This document shows, one piece after another, positions 53,230 through 62,894 of a stretch of DNA of 64,000 nt. The notes below the pieces were generated by a model. The model did no database searches. It saw only the letters and a list, made by a program, of their open reading frames with translations, and was not told the DNA's origin. The position numbers and the translations under genes were made by a program. The DNA is from an uncultured Planctomycetales bacterium (GTDB taxonomy: Bacteria > Omnitrophota > Gorgyraeia > Zapsychrales > JBDRMG01). The stretch spans positions 35,179 through 99,178 of the forward strand of contig CAYZIY010000002.1 of NCBI GenBank assembly GCA_964478715.1, written 5' to 3'. The stretch's first letter is position 1. Every line of letters starts with the position of its first letter.

Positions 53230-53889
53230 ATGAGCAGGCAGAAATTCCTTTGGTATTTATTTTTAGTTTTCTGCGTGGGGTGCGCTACCGTAGAGGTTTC
53301 TCCGCGGGTAGCCAAAATTCCCAAGCCCAGAGAGGGTGTTTATCATAAAGTCAAAAAAGGCGAAACTCTTTGGCGCATTGCTAAAACATATGCTGTTGAT
53401 GTTGAGGATATCGTCATGAGCAACCGGATACCCAACGTAGCCTTTATCGAAACGGGACAATTGATTTTTGTTCCCGGAGCCAAAGAGTTGCGCGATGTTT
53501 ATACGGATCTTAAGGATATGGATCCCGAAGCTTTTCGCTGGCCGCTCAAAGGAGAAGTGATCTCTTATTTCGGTCAGAGAATGGCACTTGGCAAGAATCA
53601 GGGAATCGATATCCGGGCAAGACCCCAAGAGGTGGTAACGGCTTCGCGGGCCGGTAAAGTTGTTTTTGCGGATGAGCTCAGCGGCTACGCGAAGACGGTT
53701 ATTGTGGATCATTATGACGGCTATTATTCGGTTTATGCCAATAATGAGCGTTTGTTGGTTGATGTCAATCAGAAAATCGAGAAAGGGTTTCCTCTAGGAG
53801 AATTGGCCCAGGAATCATCCAAGGCTAAGCTGCATTTTGAGATTCGAAAGGGCGGATATCCGGATAACCCGCTTTATTATTTGCCATGA
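53230..53889 (+). CDS. NlpD-like lipoprotein (LysM plus degenerate M23/LytM)
   Basis: Lipobox-like VGC, LysM (HKVKKGETLWRIA), WP.KG, GIDI, LHFEIR. Confidence 0.85.
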   Translation: MSRQKFLWYLFLVFCVGCATVEVSPRVAKIPKPREGVYHKVKKGETLWRIAKTYAVDVEDIVMSNRIPNVAFIETGQLIFVPGAKELRDVYTDLKDMDPEAFRWPLKGEVISYFGQRMALGKNQGIDIRARPQEVVTASRAGKVVFADELSGYAKTVIVDHYDGYYSVYANNERLLVDVNQKIEKGFPLGELAQESSKAKLHFEIRKGGYPDNPLYYLP

Positions 53890-55526
53890 TTCATTATTCA
53901 CATTTGGAAGATAATTTCTTTAACAGACAATCCATTATCGATCTTTTGAAAAGAAGAGTGATTGATTTAAAAGACGGTTACAGACAGAACATTGCTTTTT
54001 TGGGGACGCGATATATCGGTAAAACATCTATACTAAGAAGATTTATGCGCGATCTGGACGATGAAGATATTATTGAAATCTATATGGATTGTGAACAGAA
54101 GGATTTCTATTATTTTTTCCATAAATTTACCGGAAGCATTCTCTACCAATTTGCCAGAAAAAAAGGACTCATCCTGCATGATGATTTAGGTCTCCTTCTG
54201 GAAGTAAGCAAAAAATATATTCCGCAAACAGTCGAAGAAATCAAAAAAATTCAGGCCTCTCTGCATAAGGGGAAAATTAGCGAGTGTTATCGTGATCTGA
54301 TTTCGCTTCCGGAAATCTTTACGATTGAAAGCGGCAAATTCTGCATGATCGTGATTGACGAATTCCATCATATAGAGCAATGGGACTTAGGCGGAGTTTT
54401 TCAAGAGCTGGGCAAAAAGATTATGACGCAGAAAAGATGCATTTACATTGTTACTAGCTCACTAGGCGATGTGGCGAAACAGATTCTCTCGGAGAAATTA
54501 TCGCTGCTTTTCGGTCATTTTGAAGTTATCACTATCGAAACCTTTGAAGTAAAAGAAAGTCAGGAGTTTATCGAGCATAACCTCAAAGAGATTAGCATTG
54601 GTCCTGTTTTGAAAAATTTTCTGATTGATTTCACGGGGGGTCATCCGTTTTATTTAAATATTATTTGCCAGGAACTCATTTCTCTGTGCACGATGTATCA
54701 GCAGAGAGAGATCTATCTGCCGCTGTTTATCAAGGCTCTCGAGCAAACAATATTTTTGCGCTGGGGTATTTTGTCCAGACATTTTGATCTTCTCATGCAT
54801 CATCTGAGCCTGGGCAAGGGCAATGAGATTATTCCGAGGCTGTTGATTCAATTGGCCAAAGGAAAGAATAAGCTAAAGGAATTGAATGAATGTCCCGAAC
54901 TTAAAAAATGTTTTCTCAGTAAGAAATTGAAAATACTCATCGATTTGGGAATGGTCGGGAAAAACGGTAATGTTTATCATATTCAGGATAAGCTTTTAAA
55001 GTATTGGATTAAATATGTTCTGCGCAGACGTTTAAGTAACCTCGGGTCTTATCCTCAGCAGCAAAGAGAAAACTTTCAGAAAGAAATCAAAAACCATATT
55101 CAAGAATTTCATGTCGCTTTTCGGAAAGACTTCTCAGCCAGGATTATCGAGCTGTTGCACTGTTTTGATAATGAGGCTTTTCAGATCAACGGGCGGCGTT
55201 ATCGCTTACCGCTTTTTAGAAATGTCAGCCCTTACGATTGCGATCATTTTTCTTCAGGGAATGTTCACATTATCAAGGCCGAGAGTTCTCAGGAGCTCTG
55301 GTTTTTGATTCTTAAAGAAGAGGCTTTGCAGGAAGGAGAGGTTAATGACTTTCTTGCGGAACTTAAGGGCGTGAAAAAGAAACCTCAACGACGGGTCATC
55401 GTTTCCCTCTCTGATCTGGAGGCTAATGCCCGCCTGCGGGCTTTGCAGGAAAAAGTCTGGATCTGGAACGAGGGAGAACTCAATGTTCTTCTTAATCTTT
55501 ATGATAAACCTTATATTATGAAATGA
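53886..55526 (+). CDS. P-loop ATPase resembling the archaeal-ATPase/STAND-like family, with predicted wHTH and uncharacterised C-terminal domain
   Basis: F.NR, Walker A GTRYIGKT, Walker B IVIDEF, TGGHPFYL, D..L..W. Confidence 0.72.
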   Translation: MIHYSHLEDNFFNRQSIIDLLKRRVIDLKDGYRQNIAFLGTRYIGKTSILRRFMRDLDDEDIIEIYMDCEQKDFYYFFHKFTGSILYQFARKKGLILHDDLGLLLEVSKKYIPQTVEEIKKIQASLHKGKISECYRDLISLPEIFTIESGKFCMIVIDEFHHIEQWDLGGVFQELGKKIMTQKRCIYIVTSSLGDVAKQILSEKLSLLFGHFEVITIETFEVKESQEFIEHNLKEISIGPVLKNFLIDFTGGHPFYLNIICQELISLCTMYQQREIYLPLFIKALEQTIFLRWGILSRHFDLLMHHLSLGKGNEIIPRLLIQLAKGKNKLKELNECPELKKCFLSKKLKILIDLGMVGKNGNVYHIQDKLLKYWIKYVLRRRLSNLGSYPQQQRENFQKEIKNHIQEFHVAFRKDFSARIIELLHCFDNEAFQINGRRYRLPLFRNVSPYDCDHFSSGNVHIIKAESSQELWFLILKEEALQEGEVNDFLAELKGVKKKPQRRVIVSLSDLEANARLRALQEKVWIWNEGELNVLLNLYDKPYIMK

Positions 55527-56011
55527 AAATAGGCGTTGTTTCCGATACCCATTCCCATAAAATACCTCGGCAAATGCTTGAGGATTTCAAAGATGTCGAA
55601 ATGATTATTCACGTTGGAGATATCTGTTGTCAGAAAGTGCTGGATAAACTTGAGCAGATCAAACCCGTAATAGCGGTTTTTGGCAACATGGACGAGTCTC
55701 CACTTAAGGAAAACTTGCCTCGTAAACGAATTATTGAGTGCGGCCAATTTTCTATCGGATGTTTTCATGGGGAAGGACCGCCCTTCACATTGCTTGATAA
55801 AGTCAAAAATGAATTTAAGAAAGATAAAGTCCAGGCGGTCGTTTTCGGACATTCGCATCATCCGTTCAACAAAGTGATTAACAAAGTGCTTTATTTTAAT
55901 CCGGGAAGTCCCAACGACCTAATATTTGCTCCTTATCGTTCGTATGGCTTGCTGGAGATCGATAAGACCATAAGCGGAAAGATCGTAAAAGTCAAAGACA
56001 ATGATGAATAA
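55523..56011 (+). CDS. YfcE/MJ0936-family metallophosphoesterase
   Basis: SDTH, HVGD, GNMD, HG, GHSH, NPGS. Confidence 0.92.
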   Translation: MKIGVVSDTHSHKIPRQMLEDFKDVEMIIHVGDICCQKVLDKLEQIKPVIAVFGNMDESPLKENLPRKRIIECGQFSIGCFHGEGPPFTLLDKVKNEFKKDKVQAVVFGHSHHPFNKVINKVLYFNPGSPNDLIFAPYRSYGLLEIDKTISGKIVKVKDNDE

Positions 56012-56489
56012 GCTCTGGGCTCCCTGGAGGGACCGGTATCTCGTAAAAATTTATCAAAAACAAAAAGGGTGTGTTTTTTGTCGTATTCAAAAAGAAAAGA
56101 AGGATTACGCGAATTTCATTTTTAAACGCACGGCTCATTCCTATGCCGTTTTAAATATTTATCCCTACAATAACGGACACTGCCTGATTATTCCCAATAG
56201 ACATGTTAAAGATCTTTCCAGCCTGGGAAAAGAAGAGCGAAATGATCTTTTTGATCTTCAGGATGCGACAGTGGCCTTACTTAAGAAAACATTAAGACCA
56301 AAGGGTTTTAATATTGGCATTAATATCGGCCGGGCGGCAGGAGCCGGATTTCCGGGGCATGTTCATATTCATATTGTTCCCCGATGGTTGGGTGATGTGA
56401 ACTTTATGCCGGTACTTAACGAGACAAAAGTCATCTCGCAATCTTTACAAAGTTTATGGAAAATCCTTAAGAATGCAGACAAGAAGTGA
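56001..56489 (+). CDS. HIT-family nucleotide hydrolase/phosphorylase
   Basis: LWAPWR, CVFC, N.YPYNNGH, HVHIHIVPRW. Confidence 0.92.
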   Translation: MMNKLWAPWRDRYLVKIYQKQKGCVFCRIQKEKKDYANFIFKRTAHSYAVLNIYPYNNGHCLIIPNRHVKDLSSLGKEERNDLFDLQDATVALLKKTLRPKGFNIGINIGRAAGAGFPGHVHIHIVPRWLGDVNFMPVLNETKVISQSLQSLWKILKNADKK

Positions 56490-57657
56490 TATTGAAAAAA
56501 GAGAAGTCCTGAATCTGGCGTCTTATGCAATGAAAAGCCGAGACGCCCGTCCGCGCTATTATCCGGAGTCAAAGCATCAAACTCGCACCTGCTATCAGCG
56601 TGACCGTGATCGGATCGTTCATTGCGAGGCTTTTCGAAAGCTGGAATATAAAACGCAGGTTTTTGCGATATTCGAAGGCGATTATTATCGGACTCGGCTG
56701 ACTCATACGCTGGAAGTGGCCCAGATCGGCCGCAGCATAGGTCGCAATCTCCGTCTCAATGAAGATTTGATCGAGGCTATTGCCTTGGCTCATGATTTGG
56801 GTCATCCTCCGTTTGGCCATGCTGGGGAAGAAATGCTTGACGAGATTATGAAAAAGGCAACGAGAAGCGGTTTTAATCATAATCTGAGAAGTTATGAAAT
56901 CATCACCTGCCTAGAGCGACGTTACCCACAATTCAGCGGATTGAATTTGACCGGTGAAGTTCGGGTGGGAATATTAAAACATCAAACACAGTTTGATCGA
57001 CCGGGACGACAGATTAAAATTCCCTCTTTCAAAGATGACCTGAAAGATTCTCCCACTCTGGAAGCCCTTATTGTGGACGCTGCCGATTCTCTGGCATATT
57101 TAAACCATGATGTCGATGACGGATTAACCTCCGGCTGTATTACCGAGGAAGATTTGATGGAGAGCGAGCTATGGACGACAGCCTTTAAGAAAATTCAGGG
57201 ACGGTCTTTTCGTGATGACAAAGCGATGATGAAATATCAGATTGTCAAGGAACTGATCGATGTCCAGGTGAAAGATTTATTGGAGACGAGCTCAGAGCGG
57301 CTTAAGAAACTAAAATTTCAATCAGCCTTAGAGGCGAAGCAATATAGGAAAACCGTTATCGGTTTTTCTCCATCTCTGGCCAAGCAGAGAGACAGGCTCC
57401 AGAAATTGTTGGATGAAAAATTATATCATCATTATCGGGTGGAGCGCATGACATCAAAAGCCAAACGAATTATTCAGGACCTTTTCGATGTCTATATTCG
57501 TAATCCTAAGCAATTGCCGCCTGAGGTCTATCGACAAGAGAAGGGCTATGGTAAAAGTGAGAAATACCAGATTGTCTGTCACTGGATCGCTTTAATGACC
57601 GATCGCGCGGCATTGGATGAACACAAGCGTTTCTTTAGCCCTTATATGAAAGTCTGA
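56473..57657 (+). CDS. dgt: Deoxyguanosinetriphosphate triphosphohydrolase (short HD type)
   Basis: RDRDRI, KTQVF, RTRLTHTLEV, HDLGHPPFGHAGE, AD..AY..HD. Confidence 0.93.
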   Translation: MQTRSDIEKREVLNLASYAMKSRDARPRYYPESKHQTRTCYQRDRDRIVHCEAFRKLEYKTQVFAIFEGDYYRTRLTHTLEVAQIGRSIGRNLRLNEDLIEAIALAHDLGHPPFGHAGEEMLDEIMKKATRSGFNHNLRSYEIITCLERRYPQFSGLNLTGEVRVGILKHQTQFDRPGRQIKIPSFKDDLKDSPTLEALIVDAADSLAYLNHDVDDGLTSGCITEEDLMESELWTTAFKKIQGRSFRDDKAMMKYQIVKELIDVQVKDLLETSSERLKKLKFQSALEAKQYRKTVIGFSPSLAKQRDRLQKLLDEKLYHHYRVERMTSKAKRIIQDLFDVYIRNPKQLPPEVYRQEKGYGKSEKYQIVCHWIALMTDRAALDEHKRFFSPYMKV

Positions 57658-58742
57658 TGAGAAACCGTTATTTTCGAAAGAAATTCAGCAAAATAAATAC
57701 TGCCGACAACCGGTATTCTCTTGTCTTATCGGCTGTTCATATGGTTTACCGGTTAGTGAATTCGACTTACGGATTCAAAGATCTCTTAATTCGATTGACC
57801 CGTCTGGTGAAACAAATTATCGATGCCGATATTGTTCAAGTTTTTATGCTCAGTACCGATAAAACCAAGTTTGAATTGATCGCCACAATCGAGGCTAATG
57901 TCAGTAAGGTGATCGAAAAAAAGAAAACGCCTCGCGTAGAAAAAGAAAAACGCGATGTCGCTTTGGGTGCTTCCATTTTTACTAAAAATTGTATTGGGAT
58001 TCCTCTGGTTGCCGATGATAATATCGGCGCTATTTTTATTTATCGCCAGAAAAAGCGAAAAGCGTTTACGGAATTTGATCGTGAAATACTTTCCGTTGTC
58101 GCTGAACAAACCACCATTGCTATAAAAAATATTCAACTTTATGAACAACAGCAGGAAATTATTTTAGGTAGTATTAAGTCTATCGGAAAGCTTTTAAAAA
58201 AACAGGCCCCGACATCTACTCATGCTCCTGTTTATTTTAAAATCGTCAAATGCCTCGCCGAGAGACTGGGAATGGGGGAGGCTCAGATTCAATGTCTGCA
58301 ATTTGCCAGCTTGCTTCATGATGCCGGTTCGATAGATGTTCCTTTTGAAATTCTATCCAAGACAAGCCGGCTCACGTCTGAGGAATTCAAAATTATCAAA
58401 GATATCCCCGCTAAAAGCGTGGAATTGATTAAACCTGTTGCTTTCCTGAAACCCGTTTTGCCGATCATCCTTTATCATCATGAAAAATATGACGGAACCG
58501 GCTATCCTTCGGGTTTGAAAAAGGAACAGATTCCTTTGGGCGCGCGCGTGATGGCTGTGGTGACGGCCTTTGAAGCCATGGTAAGGCCTCGACCGTATAA
58601 AGATATACTTACCATCACGGAAGCCCTCAATGAGCTCAAGAAAAATTCAGGGACACAGTTTGATCCCCGGGTGGTCAATGTCTTCATTTTGCTTGCGAAT
58701 CAAAAAAAATTTAGAAAGTACTTGAGATCATTGAACTCCTGA
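57657..58742 (+). CDS. GAF plus HD-GYP domain protein (degenerate active site)
   Basis: GAF-like N-half (PL....IG.....FT..D), LHD, HHEKYDGTGYP, RPY, GTQFDP. Confidence 0.85.
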   Translation: MRNRYFRKKFSKINTADNRYSLVLSAVHMVYRLVNSTYGFKDLLIRLTRLVKQIIDADIVQVFMLSTDKTKFELIATIEANVSKVIEKKKTPRVEKEKRDVALGASIFTKNCIGIPLVADDNIGAIFIYRQKKRKAFTEFDREILSVVAEQTTIAIKNIQLYEQQQEIILGSIKSIGKLLKKQAPTSTHAPVYFKIVKCLAERLGMGEAQIQCLQFASLLHDAGSIDVPFEILSKTSRLTSEEFKIIKDIPAKSVELIKPVAFLKPVLPIILYHHEKYDGTGYPSGLKKEQIPLGARVMAVVTAFEAMVRPRPYKDILTITEALNELKKNSGTQFDPRVVNVFILLANQKKFRKYLRSLNS

Positions 58743-58757
58743 TTCTATAATAAAAAT

Positions 58758-59369
58758 ATGAATCTTCATCATTCCCAGTCTCAGTTTGAGCTATTTCCAA
58801 AGACAGTAGCGAACGGATCCCGATTCACCGCAAGGTCCAATTTATTTTCGAACTTGACACTTTTGCCAGAACATATTATTATCTTGAGTATTTTATGCAT
58901 CATGATCATGGTGCTTTCCTTTTCATTGGGTGTTGAGCGCGGCAAAAGGCTAGCGGGTTTACCTAAAGAGGACACCGATTTTAAAGAGAAATTTGTTGAA
59001 TCAAAGCCTCAAGAGGAAATCCAGCATGCGGTTGATGTAAAGACTGTTTCTGAAAATGTATCTCAGCCCAAGGAAATAGAACTCATTGCGCTGGTAGAGC
59101 TTGCCAATAAAGAGCCTGAAAATGCTTTAAAGACTTTTGCAGAGAAGGCTTATACCATTCAGGTGGCTTCTTTCAAGAAAGAGCAGTATGCAAAAAAAGA
59201 AGCCAATATCTTGCGTAATAATGGTTACCGGAATCAGGATATTTTCGTTCTGGACAAAGGAAAATATTCTATTGTTTGCGTCGGTTCATTCCATGAAAAG
59301 GATCAGGCCAAGTTGTTGCTTGGGAAACTAAAAAAAAGATATAAAGATTGTTTAATAAGGAGTTTGTAA
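58758..59369 (+). CDS. Membrane-anchored SPOR domain protein
   Basis: One TM, then YTIQVASF...A...L...G...VG.F SPOR pattern. Confidence 0.8.
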   Translation: MNLHHSQSQFELFPKTVANGSRFTARSNLFSNLTLLPEHIIILSILCIMIMVLSFSLGVERGKRLAGLPKEDTDFKEKFVESKPQEEIQHAVDVKTVSENVSQPKEIELIALVELANKEPENALKTFAEKAYTIQVASFKKEQYAKKEANILRNNGYRNQDIFVLDKGKYSIVCVGSFHEKDQAKLLLGKLKKRYKDCLIRSL

Positions 59370-59370
59370 C

Positions 59371-59604
59371 GTGTCACTTCATCCTTCATTGAGAGTTGAT
59401 TCGGCTACAGCGCAGCAACGCTGTGTTCTATCCCGGATAGAAAGAATCAAAGACCTGATGAAAAAGGGTCTTTGGGAAGAAGGCAATCCAATTACGGGTC
59501 TTCCTAAAACCAAGATCGTCAAGATTAAAGCTAAAAAGAAAACCAAAGCCGCTGAGACTGAAGAAAAGCCTACCGAAGAAAACGCTGAGAAACCGAAGGC
59601 TTAA
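59371..59604 (+). CDS. PVC-superphylum small basic signature protein
   Basis: MS.H.SL...R.VL.R.ERI..L...G.W.......GLPK.K pattern; GTG start after AGGAG. Confidence 0.85.
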   Translation: MSLHPSLRVDSATAQQRCVLSRIERIKDLMKKGLWEEGNPITGLPKTKIVKIKAKKKTKAAETEEKPTEENAEKPKA

Positions 59605-59629
59605 TCCTTGCTGCGGCATCTTTCATCGC

Positions 59630-60466
59630 ATGTTGAAGAAAATATTTATTGTCGCGGTGTATTTTATTGCTTTCTCGGGTTTTTCGAATGCTGAGTTGTC
59701 TTATCCCTTTCTTGGCAAGATGACCGCTGTTGATGTGAATCTTCGCTCTGGCCAAAGCGTTAGCTTTCAATCATTGGGTCAACTCAATCAAGGCGAAAAG
59801 ATAGTAGTTGCCGACAAAAGTTTTAGTTGGTATAAAATCCGTCTTCCTCAGAGAATTTCGTGTTTTATTTCCTCAAAATTCGTTGAAAGAAAAACAGCCG
59901 ATATCGGGATGGTGGCTGGATCCCGTGTCAATATTCGTTCTGGTAAAGGAACTGAATACAGCATCCTCGGTCAGGCAAAAGAAGGTACTCTTTTAAAAAT
60001 TATTAAGGCTGATAAAGATTGGTTTGAAATTCAACCTACGCCCGATTGTTTTGGCTGGGTGCATGAGCAGTTTGTGAAATTTGAGTCAAATCAGGTTCCG
60101 GCACCGGAGATCGTAAGGCTGCCCACCCGGAATGTTTATGAGCAGCGCAGGCAAAGGCAATCCCAAAAGAAGAAGACCGAGGTTCAAAAGAAAAAGCAGA
60201 AAACAGCGCAACAAAAACAAAAAAAAGAAGACGTTTTTACTGCTGTGGGCTACATAAAAGATTTGGGGCGTGTTGTGGCCGACCGTAATATTCGCTATAA
60301 ACTTGTTATCCAAGGGAAAACCGCTTATTATCTCTTGTGTCCGCGTCATGTCATTGATCATTTTGTAAATTACAAGGCACAAATTCAGGGACAGATCAAA
60401 GAGGATCCGGATGGGGAGTATTCCTATCCGGTTATTGTTGTTAAAAAAATCAGGCTTGTTTTGTAA
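59630..60466 (+). CDS. Secreted protein with two SH3b-type domains
   Basis: Signal peptide, VNLRSG...WYKI and VNIRSG...WFEI repeats. Confidence 0.78.
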   Translation: MLKKIFIVAVYFIAFSGFSNAELSYPFLGKMTAVDVNLRSGQSVSFQSLGQLNQGEKIVVADKSFSWYKIRLPQRISCFISSKFVERKTADIGMVAGSRVNIRSGKGTEYSILGQAKEGTLLKIIKADKDWFEIQPTPDCFGWVHEQFVKFESNQVPAPEIVRLPTRNVYEQRRQRQSQKKKTEVQKKKQKTAQQKQKKEDVFTAVGYIKDLGRVVADRNIRYKLVIQGKTAYYLLCPRHVIDHFVNYKAQIQGQIKEDPDGEYSYPVIVVKKIRLVL

Positions 60467-61566
60467 TGATCCAATCCATCAGAATTCGTCTTCAGCTTAA
60501 GGGCAATTCCTATCCGATAGTGATTGGCATTAATCATCTGAATCGAATTGGTCGGGAACTTAAGAAAATACCGATCGGCCGTGACGCGATCCTTATTTCC
60601 AGTGCCCCTATTCTAAAATTACATGGGAAGAAAATAACAAAGAGTCTCGAGCAAACTGGCTTTTCCCTAAAAGTTATCCGTATTGCTGATAGCGAGCGCA
60701 GCAAATCGACCGGGGTTGCTGTAAAAGTTCTGAATGAGATCGCTGAATATGACCGAAAAAAGAAAATATTTTTGATTGCCTTCGGCGGAGGGGTGGTGGG
60801 TGACTTAACAGGTTTTGTCGCGGCTGTTTATAAGCGAGGAATTCCTTATATTCAAGTGCCTACGACTTTTTTAGGTCAGATCGATTCGGCTATCGGAGGA
60901 AAAACAGCCGTTGATTTAGAAATGGGCAAGAACTTGGTGGGGGCGTTCTATCAGCCCCAAATGGTTTTTTCGGATGTTTCCGCTTTATCTACGTTATCGA
61001 GCAGACAGATTAGAAACGGCTTGGCCGAGGCCATTAAATACGGAGTGATCAGCGATCGCGATCTTTTTGTTACTCTAGAAAAGAAAACAGAGAAGTTGAT
61101 TCATAAAGATGAAAAGGCTTTGTTTTCTATTGTTCGCAGATGCAGTCGGATCAAGGCTCGTGTTGTCGAAAAAGATACTAAGGAAACCAAAGGGATTCGT
61201 ACTATTTTGAATTTTGGACATACGATCGGTCATGCTATCGAAACCGCCGCTGGTTATCAGCTGTATCATCACGGTGAGGCTGTTGCCTTGGGAATGAGAG
61301 TGGCTTGCGATATTGCCTTGCGGCTTGGCATGTTAAATAGTTTATCCTGTCAAAGGATTCATAGTCTAATATCAGCCTGCGGACTTCCTCAATCTATCGA
61401 TCATGTTTCATTGAGGCAGATTCTCTCGATTATGCAGCACGATAAAAAATTTCTTAACAAAAAAAACCGGTTTGTCCTGCCGGTTGCGATCGGTCGGGTT
61501 AAGGTTATCGAAGGTGTACCCAGGACAGTCATCAAAAAAGCTGTTCAAAATTGGCTTGCCAAATAA
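60466..61566 (+). CDS. aroB: 3-dehydroquinate synthase
   Basis: GGGVVGDL.GF, PTT, GGKT, KN..GAF, LNFGHT.GHA.E, HGEAV. Confidence 0.96.
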   Translation: MIQSIRIRLQLKGNSYPIVIGINHLNRIGRELKKIPIGRDAILISSAPILKLHGKKITKSLEQTGFSLKVIRIADSERSKSTGVAVKVLNEIAEYDRKKKIFLIAFGGGVVGDLTGFVAAVYKRGIPYIQVPTTFLGQIDSAIGGKTAVDLEMGKNLVGAFYQPQMVFSDVSALSTLSSRQIRNGLAEAIKYGVISDRDLFVTLEKKTEKLIHKDEKALFSIVRRCSRIKARVVEKDTKETKGIRTILNFGHTIGHAIETAAGYQLYHHGEAVALGMRVACDIALRLGMLNSLSCQRIHSLISACGLPQSIDHVSLRQILSIMQHDKKFLNKKNRFVLPVAIGRVKVIEGVPRTVIKKAVQNWLAK

Positions 61567-61631
61567 AAGATATTCTCTTAAGATGATCTGTATTAAGAAA
61601 TGAATTTCTCATAAAAAAACGAGGAGATTGA

Positions 61632-61994
61632 ATGTCTAAGCGTATTTTGTTAGTGGAAGATGAGCAGTCTTTGGCGAAACTGGTAAAACAGAGGTTGGAA
61701 AAAGAAGGTTTCGAAGTTGAAGTCACCTCTGATGGGGAAGAAGCCCTCAATCTGAGCAGTTCCTTTGCGCCTGATTTAATCATCCTCGATATTATGCTTC
61801 CTGGTATCGGCGGTTACGAGGTATGCTCTCGCTTACGGACAACAAAGATCACAAAAAATACACCCATTATTATGTTTACGGCCAGAGGCGGAGATATGGA
61901 TAAAGCGATGGGCTTTCAGTGTGGTGCCAATGATTATATTGTCAAGCCTTATGATCCCAAAATACTTTTAGAGAAAATTCGCAACCTTCTTTAG
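61632..61994 (+). CDS. Stand-alone response regulator receiver
   Basis: EDE, LDIMLP, TA, KP. Confidence 0.92.
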   Translation: MSKRILLVEDEQSLAKLVKQRLEKEGFEVEVTSDGEEALNLSSSFAPDLIILDIMLPGIGGYEVCSRLRTTKITKNTPIIMFTARGGDMDKAMGFQCGANDYIVKPYDPKILLEKIRNLL

Positions 61995-62021
61995 GAAAGT
62001 GGAAATTTCAGAGTAGCATTT

Positions 62022-62381
62022 ATGAGCAAGACAATATTAGTTATCGATGACGAGCCGGATTTTGTAGCCGTTTTAAAATCAAGACTCGAAGCGCACAATT
62101 TCGATGTGCAGACAGCCTTTGACGGTTATGAGGGATTACAGAGGATCGAAAAACAGAAGCCGAATTTAATCATTCTCGATATTGAAATGCCGGAAATGGA
62201 CGGCTATACTTTTGTTTTGGAATTCAAAAAGAAATATACGATGAAAGACATTCCGATTATTGTGCTGACGGCCAAAGACGAATTACAAGATATTTTTGAG
62301 CTTGAAGGTATTCACAGCTATCTCACCAAGCCCTTTGAACATGAAGACCTTCTTAAGCGCATCAAAGACTACCTTTCTTGA
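62022..62381 (+). CDS. Stand-alone response regulator receiver
   Basis: DDE, LDIEMP, TA, KP. Confidence 0.92.
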   Translation: MSKTILVIDDEPDFVAVLKSRLEAHNFDVQTAFDGYEGLQRIEKQKPNLIILDIEMPEMDGYTFVLEFKKKYTMKDIPIIVLTAKDELQDIFELEGIHSYLTKPFEHEDLLKRIKDYLS

Positions 62382-62390
62382 TCTCTTCTT

Positions 62391-62894
62391 TTAGCGATTA
62401 TCTGTTCTAAGAATAATTGTGCGACCGTTGTCATAGATTTCCACTTCATTAACGGATATGCTTAGGATTCTTCTTTGCCCAATATATTCACCTTCCTTGT
62501 AGATCTGATTATTGATCAAAGCAAAAGGCTCCTGATCCATGGTGATGATCCCGTTAAGGATCAGAGAATCATTATCCGTTATCGAAGCTTGGGAGGGGGG
62601 TATGCTCTGGGGATTATCGGTTCGTTCTTTGGATCTTTCGGTTTGCATAAGCGCGGGTTGAGAATCTTTACTGTTATTGGCGGTATTATTGATTGCAGCC
62701 TGTTTTTTCCTTTCAGATTGCCTGAAATAAAGAAAGCCTAAGACGACAGCGCAACCCAGAAATCCAACAAAAACAATGATCGCAATACTCCAGAAAAAAG
62801 GATGTACGTCTTTGTGCTCGGGATTTTGTCTGGCCGGAGAGAACTTTTCCAGTTGCGACTGGGTTTTTTTGAGGGCATCATTGATGATACTCAT
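62391..62894 (-). CDS. ExeB/GspB-like membrane protein
   Basis: MSII.DALKK N-terminus, single TM, C-terminal L.GI.....A.IN.....EG domain; coupled to exeA. Confidence 0.65.
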   Translation of the reverse strand: MSIINDALKKTQSQLEKFSPARQNPEHKDVHPFFWSIAIIVFVGFLGCAVVLGFLYFRQSERKKQAAINNTANNSKDSQPALMQTERSKERTDNPQSIPPSQASITDNDSLILNGIITMDQEPFALINNQIYKEGEYIGQRRILSISVNEVEIYDNGRTIILRTDNR

